Source: Candidatus Marinacidobacterium sp.
GTDB lineage: Bacteria; Acidobacteriota; Vicinamibacteria; Marinacidobacterales; Marinacidobacteraceae
NCBI GenBank assembly: GCA_965204755.1
Contig: OZ242011.1
Coordinates: forward strand, 1,984,001-2,048,000
Length of the DNA stretch: 64,000 nt
Direction of reading: 5' to 3'
Numbering within the stretch: the stretch's first letter is position 1; each line of letters starts with the position of its first letter. A program made the position numbers and the translations under genes. The notes under the pieces are model-generated. The model saw only the letters and a list, made by a program, of their open reading frames with translations. It ran no database searches and was not told the DNA's origin. Of the stretch, positions 11,983 to 21,900 are shown in pieces.

Positions 11983-13107
11983 GTGTCCCGGACGCCGGAC
12001 GAACTGGACCCGCCGGCGCCGGCCCTTCCCGCCCACCCGGAGTCCGCCGAAACCCTCGTCGAAGACCCGGATGCGGCGACCGAGGCCGCGGACGAGAACG
12101 GCGAGTCCGTCCGTTACCTGATCTCGAGTTACGGCTCGGACATGCCGGTGGACGCCCTCGTCCGCCGCTTCCAGCGCGAGGACATCTTCATTCCTCCGTT
12201 CCAGCGGAAGTTCGTCTGGAGGCGGAACCAAGCCTCCCGATTCGTCGAGTCGCTCCTGCTCGGCCTCCCGGTCCCCGGCATCTTCCTGTTCCGGGAGCCG
12301 GACACGCGCAAGTTGATGGTCGTGGACGGCCAGCAACGCATCGTCACGCTCTCGTCCTTCTACGGCGGCGTGCTCGGCGATCGCAAATTCACGCTGTCCC
12401 AAGTGAGTCCCGAGTTCCGGGGAAAGGCGTACGCCGACCTGGAGGACGACGACCGCCGCGCGCTCGACGACGCGATCGTCCACGCCACGATCTTCCACCA
12501 GGACGAACCCACGGACGACCGGGGATCGGTCTATTCCGTCTTCGAACGACTGAACACCGGCGGAAGCGTGCTCCAACCGCAGGAGATCCGCTCCTGTGTG
12601 TACCGGGGACCCCTGATCGACCTCTTGGGTGAGTTGGCGAAAGACGACGACTGGCGTTCCCTGTGGGGCCGCCCGAGCGACCGGAAGAAGGACGAAGAGG
12701 TCATTCTCCGGTTCCTCGCCCTCCACAACGACCTCGACGCCTACCAGCCACCCCTGAAGCGATTCCTGAACGAGTTCACCCGAACGCATCGGCAGTGGAA
12801 CGCCGCTGCCGGCCCCGCTTTCGAGAAGCAGTTCCGCGAGAGCGTTCGCGTCATCGCCGCCTCACTCGGCCCTCGCGCGTTCCGGCCGGAGCGCGCCGTC
12901 AACACGGCCGTCGCCGACGCCGTGTTGTGCGGCGTGGCGCACCGACTATCCCTCGACGGGGCGCCCGATTCGTCGGCGTGGGCGCCGGCGTGGGAACGGT
13001 TGAAGGCGGGATTGAAATCGGACGACCTCGTCTCCGGCGGCACCGCGCACCTGGACCGCGTCCGAAGGCGCATCCTCCTTGCGCGTGACGCGTTCGCCCG
13101 AGTCTGA
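11983..13107 (+). CDS. DUF262 (GmrS/ParB-like) protein, copy 1
   Basis: IPPFQRKFVW, ESLLLGLPVP, VVDGQQR, FERLNTGG; GTG start after AAGGAGG. Confidence 0.9.
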   Translation: MSRTPDELDPPAPALPAHPESAETLVEDPDAATEAADENGESVRYLISSYGSDMPVDALVRRFQREDIFIPPFQRKFVWRRNQASRFVESLLLGLPVPGIFLFREPDTRKLMVVDGQQRIVTLSSFYGGVLGDRKFTLSQVSPEFRGKAYADLEDDDRRALDDAIVHATIFHQDEPTDDRGSVYSVFERLNTGGSVLQPQEIRSCVYRGPLIDLLGELAKDDDWRSLWGRPSDRKKDEEVILRFLALHNDLDAYQPPLKRFLNEFTRTHRQWNAAAGPAFEKQFRESVRVIAASLGPRAFRPERAVNTAVADAVLCGVAHRLSLDGAPDSSAWAPAWERLKAGLKSDDLVSGGTAHLDRVRRRILLARDAFARV

Positions 13108-13562
13108 TGCATCGGCCGCAGACGCAGAGCCTCGAGAACGCGTTCGCCGCCGCCGAGAGCGCGTGCGCCGACCTCTACGACGAGGACGAGGGGCGCGTGG
13201 CGCTGTTGATGACCATCTGGGCGTCGGGGTATCTCGAGGTGACCTGTCGAGAGACACTCCTCCACTACGCGAGGGAGCGCTCGGCGCCCGCTGTCGCGCG
13301 GTATGTGCGGAGCCAGTTGCACTGGTTCCAGAATCCGAACATGGAGCGGATCGCCGAACTGATCGGCCGGTTCGACAAGGACAAGGCGGCGGAACTGCGC
13401 GATTGGGCGGAGGGCCCGGTCGCGGAGAGCGTGAACAGCATCCGGGGGCTCCGCAACCAGGTCGCCCATGGGCAACTGCCGGATGTGAGCGTCGCTTGGA
13501 TCGTCGGACACTTCCGCAACGCCCGCCTCCTTTCGAACCGCCTGGCGAGGCTGATGGCGTGA
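13107..13562 (+). CDS. HEPN-family putative RNase (RiboL-PSP/MAE_28990-like), copy 1
   Basis: SGYLE helix and RNQVAHG (Rx4H); TGATG-coupled to DUF262. Confidence 0.82.
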   Translation: MHRPQTQSLENAFAAAESACADLYDEDEGRVALLMTIWASGYLEVTCRETLLHYARERSAPAVARYVRSQLHWFQNPNMERIAELIGRFDKDKAAELRDWAEGPVAESVNSIRGLRNQVAHGQLPDVSVAWIVGHFRNARLLSNRLARLMA

Positions 13563-13761
13563 TGCGGCGCCCCGGCTTCGTCCCGCTACGATTCCGCTGT
13601 CTTCGCGATTCCGTTCTCGGAACCGGTCGAGAAGGCCGGGAGGGACTGATGGTGGGTCTGACACCGGGGCGAACCGTGCGCGGGGCGCTCCTTGCTTCGC
13701 GTCGTTGCGGCGGCGCGCGTTCGGCGTTCGGCGGCCCGCCGACTCGGGCGGAGGATCCCCG

Positions 13762-14046
13762 ATGAAGATTCGGGAGGCTGTCCGGTGCGCCAAGGCCCGC
13801 GTCGCCGACCTGTTCGAGGACGAGGGCATCACCGCGCTCGCCCTCGAGGAGATCGAGTGCCAACCCGACGAGGGCGTCTGGACGCTGACCATCGGTTTCT
13901 TCCGCCCGTGGCACAAGGGCGCGGAGGAGCGGAACTTCCTCGGCGAACCGCGGCTGTCGCGTTGCTTCAAGGTCGTTCGGCTCGCCGACGCGACCGGCGA
14001 AGTGCTCTCCGTCCGGAATTGGGCCCAAGCGGAGGCGGCGCGATGA
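13762..14046 (+). CDS. Small conserved hypothetical protein, paralogue of 18030-18317
   Basis: LEEIE..VWTLTIGFFRPWHKG..RCFKVVRL, closely similar to the second copy. Confidence 0.75.
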   Translation: MKIREAVRCAKARVADLFEDEGITALALEEIECQPDEGVWTLTIGFFRPWHKGAEERNFLGEPRLSRCFKVVRLADATGEVLSVRNWAQAEAAR

Positions 14047-16202
14047 GCGCTCCGGTGGCCGAGGCCGTCCGGGACCGGGCGGCGGAGCGGTCGGAGCGCT
14101 ATTCGGAGCACCGCACGGTCGAAGAGTTCGCGAGGCAACTCGACAGCGGCGAACTCATCGCGCCCAACCTGCGGCGGCGGCCCTGGTCGTTGCGGCGGGC
14201 TTCCCGGTTCATCGAGTCGTTGATCAACGGCCTTCCGGTCGGGGAAGTCTTCCTGTTCCCGGATACGGAGACCGACCGCCGGGTAGTCCTCGACGGGAAC
14301 CGGCGGCTCGCCGTCCTCGCTTCGTTCTACCGGGGCTGGTTCGGCGGAGAGGGATTCGCGCTGACCGGGGTGGACCCGGAGATCGAGGGCAAGACCCGCC
14401 GGACGCTGCGCTATCCCTACGGCGGCCGGCTCGACGAGGCGGTGATCCCGACCACGGTCCTGGCGCCCGGTTCCGACGAGGGTCGGTCGGCCCTCCGAGA
14501 AGTCGTCGAGCGCCTGCACAGCGACGACGCGCCGATGCGGCCGCAGGAAATCCGGACTTGCCTCCACCGGGGGGCATTCAACGACCTGCTGGGCCGATTG
14601 GTCGAGGACGCCGGGTGGAGACGCCTCTACGGCGATGCGGGCGACCGCCGGGACGAAGAAGAGGCCGCCCTCCGGTTCCTGGCGCTCCACAACGCGCTCG
14701 ACCGGTACCGCGGCGCGATGAGGGACTTCCTCGACGCCTTCATGGGCCGCCACCGCCGGTGGTCGGCCACCGACGACCCGCCGTTCGTGCAGCAGTTCCG
14801 GGGCGCGGTCGGACTCCTCGCCGGCGCGTCGGCCCGGGTGGCGGCCGGCGCCGGAGACGGCTCGGAGCGCGCCCCGGACCCCCGAATCCTCGACGCCCTT
14901 CTCTGCGGCGCGGCCCACCGCCTGGAAACCGGGCCGCCCCCCGACGACGACGCCGTCCTCCGGGCGCGGAAGCGGCTCACCCTTCGGTTGGAAGCCGAGG
15001 GTCTCGCTTCCCCCGACGCCCCGGACGAAGATTCCGCGCGGCGGCGGATCGAACTCGCCCGCGAAGCGTTCGGCGCGGCGCAGGACTCGGCGCCGCTTCC
15101 CCCGCCGGAACCCCGCGAAACCGGGCGACGGGCCGGCCGCCCGCCGCCGAAACCCGCGCCTCCGCCGTCCCCGCCGGCGGAAGCGAGCGCGACGACCGCA
15201 CCGAAAGACGACGGGGACGAAATCCTGACCGTCGAGACCGACATCCTCCAATACTCCGGAAGCCCCTCGATTCCCGACCTGCTTCGGGAAGTGGAGAGCG
15301 GAGACCTCGTCATCCCGAAGTCCCGGCGGACGCTCCGGTGGTCGCGCGAGCGGGCGTCCCGCTGGATCGAATCCCTGCTTCTCGACCTCCCGGTCCCCGG
15401 GGTCGTCCTGTTCGCTGAGCGGGAACGAGGCCGGTCGGTCGTCGTGGACGGATGCCAGCGGCTCCTTTCGATCCTCTGCTTCTACCGGGGCGAGATCGGT
15501 GACGAGGAATTCACGCTTCGCGGCGTGGGCGGCGACCTCGAGGGCCGGCCCTACTCCGGGCTGACCTATGCGCGCCAACGGGCGCTCGACGACGCGGTGG
15601 CGCCCCGGTCGGTCTTCCGCCAACTCGACGACGGATGCGACGCCGACTCCATCCATGCGGCCTTCGAACATCTCAGCCGACTGCGCGCGCAGGAAATCCG
15701 CTCCTGCCTCTTCCCCGGCCCGCTCGACGACCTGCTGTCCGAACTGGCGGAGGATCCGTGTTGGCGCCGCCTCCGGGGCGCTCCCGGAGAGGGGCTGCAG
15801 GACGAGGAGGACATCCTTCGTTTCCTGGCGCTCCACAACGAGCCCGAAACCCGCGGCCGCTCCATGAAGCGGTTCCTGAACGCGTTCATGGAGGGAAACC
15901 GCAACACAATCACCGCTGCCGCGCCGTTCGCCTCCCAGTTTCGCGGCGCGGCGCGCGCCACCTGCCGGGAGATCGGCCCGGAGGCGCTCCGGCCGGACGG
16001 GGTGTTCGACGAGTCCTTCGCCGACGCCGTCCTGTGCGGCGTCGCGCACCGCCTGGAGAACGGTTCGGGCGCCGACGCGCCTCCGCTCAAAGCCGGTTAC
16101 CGACGGCTCCTAGAACGGATGTGCGAGACGGAACCCGGCGGAAAGCGCCCCGCGAACGGCGAGCGCATCGCCCTGGCGCGGGAGGCGTTCGCAGCGTCGT
16201 GA
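14043..16202 (+). CDS. Tandem double DUF262 protein with Pro-rich linker and degenerate motifs
   Basis: Two repeats of ASR[FW]IESL..LPV / QEIR[TS]CL / LRFLALHN / LCG.AHRL; DGQQR altered to DGNRR and DGCQR. Confidence 0.8.
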   Translation: MSAPVAEAVRDRAAERSERYSEHRTVEEFARQLDSGELIAPNLRRRPWSLRRASRFIESLINGLPVGEVFLFPDTETDRRVVLDGNRRLAVLASFYRGWFGGEGFALTGVDPEIEGKTRRTLRYPYGGRLDEAVIPTTVLAPGSDEGRSALREVVERLHSDDAPMRPQEIRTCLHRGAFNDLLGRLVEDAGWRRLYGDAGDRRDEEEAALRFLALHNALDRYRGAMRDFLDAFMGRHRRWSATDDPPFVQQFRGAVGLLAGASARVAAGAGDGSERAPDPRILDALLCGAAHRLETGPPPDDDAVLRARKRLTLRLEAEGLASPDAPDEDSARRRIELAREAFGAAQDSAPLPPPEPRETGRRAGRPPPKPAPPPSPPAEASATTAPKDDGDEILTVETDILQYSGSPSIPDLLREVESGDLVIPKSRRTLRWSRERASRWIESLLLDLPVPGVVLFAERERGRSVVVDGCQRLLSILCFYRGEIGDEEFTLRGVGGDLEGRPYSGLTYARQRALDDAVAPRSVFRQLDDGCDADSIHAAFEHLSRLRAQEIRSCLFPGPLDDLLSELAEDPCWRRLRGAPGEGLQDEEDILRFLALHNEPETRGRSMKRFLNAFMEGNRNTITAAAPFASQFRGAARATCREIGPEALRPDGVFDESFADAVLCGVAHRLENGSGADAPPLKAGYRRLLERMCETEPGGKRPANGERIALAREAFAAS

Positions 16203-16681
16203 GCGCTTCGGGAAAGGCGGCGCGCCTGGAGAGGGCGTTCCTGTCGGAACTGGAATGGGCCCGCGGGCTGGACGAAGCGCGACGGGAACGCCTCGTGGAG
16301 TTGATGACGATCCAGGCCTCCGCGTACCTGGAGGCCGCCTGCCGGGAAATCGTCATCGCGTACGCCGCCCGCCGGGCCGACCCGGAGGTCGCGAACTATG
16401 TGGAGCGTCAGATGGATCGCTTCGGCGCGCCCCGCATGGACCGCATCGTGGCGCTCGTCCGCGCCTTCGAGGAGCGCAAGGCGCGGGAGTTGAGCGCGTT
16501 CGCGCAGGAGTCGGGCGCGTTTACGCGAAGGTCTCTCGCGGCGAGCATCAACACCCTGGTGACGAGGCGGAACGAAGTCGCCCACGGACGAGCGGGGCGG
16601 AAGTTGGAGATCGCGGAGATCGACCGGCATTTCCGCGATGCCCGGACGGTGGCGAAGCAACTGGAGGAACTGCTGGCGTGA
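16199..16681 (+). CDS. HEPN-family putative RNase, copy 2
   Basis: LMTIQASAYLEAACRE and RNEVAHG; homologous to 13107-13562; GTGA coupling. Confidence 0.8.
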   Translation: MSASGKAARLERAFLSELEWARGLDEARRERLVELMTIQASAYLEAACREIVIAYAARRADPEVANYVERQMDRFGAPRMDRIVALVRAFEERKARELSAFAQESGAFTRRSLAASINTLVTRRNEVAHGRAGRKLEIAEIDRHFRDARTVAKQLEELLA

Positions 16682-18033
16682 GCGCCGTGGCCGCCCCCGG
16701 AGTCGCCGCCGCCGAGGCCCGCGCGGCGCCGCAGCGCGAAGACCGTCACGCCCGGAACGCGGCGGAGTACTACGACCCGGACGAACTGCTGGCCCTGCTC
16801 CGGGCCGGCGAGGGGACGGCGCTGGAACTGCGGGAGGCCGCCGACCCGGGGGGCGTGCCCGACGGACGCCGCGCCGACACCGACCTCGCCGAAGTCTTCG
16901 TCAGCATGGCGAACACGAACGGGGGCCTGGTGGTGTTCGGCGTCGGCCGCCCGGACGGGAAGGTCGTCGGCATCGAGCCCGAACGGCGCGACGCGGCGGA
17001 GCGGTTCGCCCTGCATGTCGCTTCGGCCCGTTGCGAACCGACCATCCTCGCGGAGCCGGATTGGGTCGTCCTTCCCGACGAGGGCGGCATCGGCCGCGCC
17101 TGTTTCGTCGTCCGCATTCGTCCGTCGTTCCGCGACTACCACCGGACGAGCGAAGGACGCTGCCTGCGGCGGAGCGGAACGCGCCGGTTCCCTGCCCATC
17201 CGGAACTCATGGACCGGCGCCTGACCCGGCAACGCCCGCCGACGCCGGTCGAGGACCGCCCGGCGCTCCGGAGTCGGCTCCCCGACCTCGACCGGACGCT
17301 GCTCGCCGCCTACTTCCGCCGCCGGTTCCCGGACTGGTCGCCACCGGAGGATTGGTCGCCGCTGCTCCGGAACCACCACTTCGCCGCCGAAACCGCCCTC
17401 GGCGTCATCCCGACTTTCCTCGGCGTCCTGATGTTCTCCGAACGCCCGGACGACTACTTGCCGGGCGCCTTCATCGAGATGGAGTTCCACGGCGCGAAAG
17501 CCCCGGAGGCAGAGTCGCCGACCGTCGAGCGAATCATCGGGCCGCTCCCTCGACAGATCGAGCAGGCGGTTTCGTCCCTCGAAGACTCGCCGCTGACCCG
17601 TACCGTCTCCCCGACGGAAGACGGCGCCGGACCGGGCTACTCGATCGGCGCCCTCCGGGAGGCGGTCGCGAACGCCGTCGTCCACCGGGACTACGCCGAC
17701 CCGTCTCCGGTGGTCGTCCGCGTGTTCCCCGACCGCATCGAGTTCGAGAACCCCGGAACCCTCTGTAACGCCGAGCCGTCCTCTCTCTACGCCGGAGCGC
17801 CGCCCAGGCGCCGCAACCAGATGCTCGCCGGCGTCCTCGGGTACTGCGACAGCCGCTACCCGGGCGGCCGGTTGACGAAGTTGCCGGGCGTCGGATTCTC
17901 GACGCTGATCCGCGAGAGCGAGCGCCTGTCCGGTCGCCGTCCGGATCTGGAAACGATCGGCAGAACGACCCGGCTCGCGCTCCATTGGATCCCCCCTTCC
18001 TTCTCACCAACCCCTTCGGAGAACCACCGATGA
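16678..18033 (+). CDS. Schlafen/AlbA_2 + HATPase_c_4 (RecG-C-like) protein
   Basis: GEGTALELRE, SMANTNGGLVVFGV, ALREAVANAVVHRDY, FPDRIEFENPG, RRNQMLA. Confidence 0.85.
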   Translation: MSAVAAPGVAAAEARAAPQREDRHARNAAEYYDPDELLALLRAGEGTALELREAADPGGVPDGRRADTDLAEVFVSMANTNGGLVVFGVGRPDGKVVGIEPERRDAAERFALHVASARCEPTILAEPDWVVLPDEGGIGRACFVVRIRPSFRDYHRTSEGRCLRRSGTRRFPAHPELMDRRLTRQRPPTPVEDRPALRSRLPDLDRTLLAAYFRRRFPDWSPPEDWSPLLRNHHFAAETALGVIPTFLGVLMFSERPDDYLPGAFIEMEFHGAKAPEAESPTVERIIGPLPRQIEQAVSSLEDSPLTRTVSPTEDGAGPGYSIGALREAVANAVVHRDYADPSPVVVRVFPDRIEFENPGTLCNAEPSSLYAGAPPRRRNQMLAGVLGYCDSRYPGGRLTKLPGVGFSTLIRESERLSGRRPDLETIGRTTRLALHWIPPSFSPTPSENHR

Positions 18034-18317
18034 ACATGTTGAACGCCCGGGAAGCCGGCCGCAAAGCCAAGCAGCACATCGCCGAACTTCTCAGCGACGA
18101 GAACATCACCGAGATCGGCCTCGAGGAAATCGAGTACGAAGACGACGAGAGTGTCTGGCTCGTAACCGTCGGCTTCTTCCGTCCCTGGCACAAGGGCGTC
18201 GAGGAGAGAAACATCCTCGGGGAGCCCCGGTTGTCGCGCAGTTACAAGGTCGTCCGCCTGGACGCTGCCGGCGAGGTCATCTCCGTTCGGCATCGCGACC
18301 CCTCGATCGTGCGATGA
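18030..18317 (+). CDS. Small conserved protein upstream of PIN gene (candidate antitoxin)
   Basis: IGLEEIEYEDDESVWLVTVGFFRPW..RSYKVVRLD; ATGA-coupled to PIN gene. Confidence 0.75.
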   Translation: MNMLNAREAGRKAKQHIAELLSDENITEIGLEEIEYEDDESVWLVTVGFFRPWHKGVEERNILGEPRLSRSYKVVRLDAAGEVISVRHRDPSIVR

Positions 18318-18775
18318 GACGACACATCGCCTCGGTGTTTCTCGACGCCGGACTCCTGGTTCTGCTGATCGTAGGCGCCGTCGGCAAGGATCGCATCGCG
18401 CGCCATCGCCGGACGAAGCGGTTCACGGTGAACGACTTCGACTTCCTGGTAGAACTGTTGGAAGGGGTGAAGATCTTCGTTACGCCCCACACGCTCACGG
18501 AAGCATCGAACCTGCTCGCTCAACATGGAGAGCCTGACCGATCCCGTTTCCTGGGCGTGCTTCGCTCGCTGGTCGAAGACAGCGAGGAGAGAACTGTTCC
18601 GGCGCGGATCGCGACCGGCACGACCGAATTTCTCCGACTGGGACTTACGGATGCGGTACTGCTTGAAGTCGTGTCGAAGAAGACGCCCGTGCTTACGAGC
18701 GATCAAGACCTCTACCGCACCGCGTTGGCTCGCACCGACGAGTCGGCGCTGAATTTCTATCATCTCCAAGCGTAG
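18314..18775 (+). CDS. PIN-domain protein
   Basis: VFLDAGLLVLL, TPHTLTEASNL, LGLTDA, LTSDQDL: acidic PIN catalytic residues. Confidence 0.8.
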   Translation: MRRHIASVFLDAGLLVLLIVGAVGKDRIARHRRTKRFTVNDFDFLVELLEGVKIFVTPHTLTEASNLLAQHGEPDRSRFLGVLRSLVEDSEERTVPARIATGTTEFLRLGLTDAVLLEVVSKKTPVLTSDQDLYRTALARTDESALNFYHLQA

Positions 18776-18927
18776 GCTGACCGCCATGCCGCAGATCGGG
18801 CCGGGGCATTCAGGCCCGACGCGGAGCCCGTCTGTCCTTTCGGGCGGCATGTGGAAGCGGTGAGCACGAGGATGCGGCGTCGTCGGGCGCGAACTTCGAT
18901 CCGCCTCGAGATCGGGGGGAAGACATC

Positions 18928-21900
18928 TTGACAGGGAAACGGTTGATCGAAGTCGCGTTTCCGTTGGAGCGGGTCTCCAAGGACTCCGTCCACGAGAAGA
19001 ATGTGCGGCACGGGCATATCTCGACGCTGCACATCTGGCCGGCGCGGAGGCCGCTGGCGGCGAGTCGGGGGGTGATCCTTTCGACGCTGTTGCCGGACTC
19101 CGGGAACTCCGACCGGCGGCGGCGGGTGTTGGAGCGGATGGCGGGGCACTGGGTGGTGATGCGGGACAAGGAGGGGGAGGTCGTCGGCAGGGTGTGGAAG
19201 GACGGGATCTTCCATTGGGGGGAGGAGAATCAGCCGGAACTGGATGCCTTCCGGGAGGAGGTTCGGGATGCCTTCGGGGGGCGGGCGCCGCGGGTGCTGG
19301 ATCCGTTCGCGGGGGGCGGGGCGATTCCGTTGGAGGCGATGCGGCTGGGGTGCGAGGTGGAGGCGGCGGACTTGAACCCGGTGGCTTGGTTCATCCTGCG
19401 GTGCACGCTCCACTACCCGAAACTCACTTCGGGGGAGCGGAGGCTGCCGGAGCGCCTGTCGGCGTATCCGTCGTTCGGGGAGGCGCGTCGGTGGGCGGAA
19501 TCCGAGGAGTTCCGGCGAAGTCGCGGGGTCGGCCGGCGGGGGCGGAGGAGGAAGGCGGACGCGGAGGAGACGGCGCCGGCGCTGTTGGTCCCGGGGCAGG
19601 CGCGGGCGCCGGCGGTTCCGTTCGCGTGGCACCTGCGGGCGTGGGGGGAGCGGGTGCTCACGGGGGCGCGGCGGGAACTCGCGGCGCGGTATCCGGTGTA
19701 TGCGGACTTCGAGCCGAAACGGCGGAAAGGGCGGAGGCGGGACTACGACCTGCCGGACATCGAGTTCGAGCCGCGGCCCATGCGGCAGTTGCAGCCGGAT
19801 GACGAGGGGAAGGTGTCCGTTGACGCCTTGAACGAGGAGTTCAGCGAGGAATACCTGGAGGACGAGCGGAATCCCCGGTGGGTGGCGAAGCCGCCGGTGG
19901 CTTACCTCTGGGCGAGGACGGCGAAGTGCGCGGGGTGCCGGGCGGAAGTGCCGTTGTTGAAGACGCGGTGGCTTTGTCGGAAACCGGGGGGCGCGAGTCG
20001 GCCGGCGAAGCGCGTGCTGCTCACCATGACGCCGCGGGCGGACGGGAGCGGGGTGGACTTCGGGCTCGAACACGAAGTCCCGGAGGAGGCGGGGAGTCCC
20101 GCAGACCGGCGCGAGAGCGACCGGAAATTGGGCGCGGGGACGATGACCCGGCGGGGTGCGACCTGCCCGTGCTGCGGCGCGATCGCCACGATGGCCGACC
20201 TGCGGCAGGAGGGCCGGGCCGGGCGGCTCGGGGAGCGGATGACCGCGGTGGTGGTGGACGGGCAACGGGGGAAGGAGTACCGGCTGCCTACGGAGGCGGA
20301 GTTCGCGGCGGCGGAGGTAGGGGAGGAGGAGTTGGAGGGGTTGTATGCGGGTATCCCGTTCGGACTTCCCGACGAGCCCACTCCGCCGGAGGGCGCTCTG
20401 GGAATGCGGATTCCCCGGTACGGCTTCGACACTTGGCGGCGGCTGTTCACGAACCGGCAGTTGCTCGCCATCGGCATCCTGCTACGAGAGATCCGGGCCT
20501 GCGCCGGCGAGATGGAGGAATACCCCGAAGCGTGGCGTGAAGGGTTGATGGCGTTCCTCGCGCCGTCCGTCAGTCGCGTCGCCGACCGGGGAAGCGCGCT
20601 GGCCACTTGGACGAACAATCCCGAGAAGATCAGGAGCACTTTCGCTCGATTCGCGTTGCCGATCGTCTGGGACTTCGCCGAATCGTGCCCGCTCAGCGAT
20701 ACCACCGGCGGTTTCCTCCAGGCCGTCGAATGGATCGCCCGCGTGGCGAGCCATGTGGGCGAGGCGGGCGAGTCCGCGCCCGACGCGACGGTCTCGCTGC
20801 GCTCCGCCGCCGATGCGCCGTCGGGGCAGTTCGATCTCATCTGCACCGACCCGCCGTACTACGACGCCATTCCCTACTCCGACCTGATGGACTTCTTCTA
20901 CATCTGGTTGCGGCGGGCGCTCCACGGACTGTCCGACGATACGGACCGCGCCTTCGCCGCGCGTCTCGGCCCGAAGTGGGACGCGGACGCGAACGACGGG
21001 GAACTCATCGACGACGCCAACCGGTTCGACGGCAGCCGGAAAGCCTCCAAACGGAACTACGAGGACGGGATGGCGCGGTGCTTCGCGCGGTTCCGCGACG
21101 CGCTGCGGGACGACGGCCGGTTCGTGGTCGTCTTCGCCAGCAAGGACCCGAACGCTTGGGAGACGCTGGTCTCCGCGATCATCCGCTCCGGTTTCGTGGT
21201 TACCGCCTCGTGGCCGATCCAGACCGAGATGGCCACCCGCCAGCGGGGGCGGGCGTCGGCGGCGCTCGCTTCGTCCATCTGGCTCGTGTGCCGGAAGCGG
21301 CCGGCGGCTCGACGAGGTTGGGACAACCGGATCCTCAAGGAGATGCGCTCGAACATCCGGGAGCGGCTGCGCCAATTCTGGGACGCGGGGATCCGGGGGC
21401 CGGACCTGGTATGGGCCGCGACCGGCCCGGCTCTCGAAGTCTTCAGCCGCCACCCCTTCGTCTCCAACGCGGACACGGAAGGCGAACGGATGAGCGTGGC
21501 CGAGTTCCTCCAGCAGGTGCGCCGGTTGGTCGTCGGCTTCGCGGTGGACCGCGTGCTGGCCCCGGACGACGACGGGGAGGATGCGTCCGTCGCCGAGAGC
21601 CTCGACGACCCGACCACCTACTACCTGCTGCACCGAAACGACTTCGGCCTCGACCCGGCCCCGGCCGGCGCCTGCATCCTCTACTCCCTCTCCTGCGGCG
21701 TTTCCGACTCCGACCTCGGCGGCCGCCTGGACTTCCTGGTGCGGAAGGAATCCCGCGGCGCCGGTGACGAAGACGCGGAAGAAGAACGCGACGACGAGGA
21801 GGGCGGTGCGTCGGGCGACAAGTTGCGGCTCAAACCGTGGGCCCGCCGCCGTCCGACCATCGGCGACCCCGGGGCGGACGGTTCGCCCCCGCCGCTGATC

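Noticed and set aside
8330-16049. Very long antisense or alternate-frame ORFs (e.g. 8330-11773, 12741-16049, the 5' part of 8476-13107, also 29775-33374 and 40396-43449)
   Set aside because: Shadow ORFs expected at high GC; they have no motifs and overlap well-supported genes
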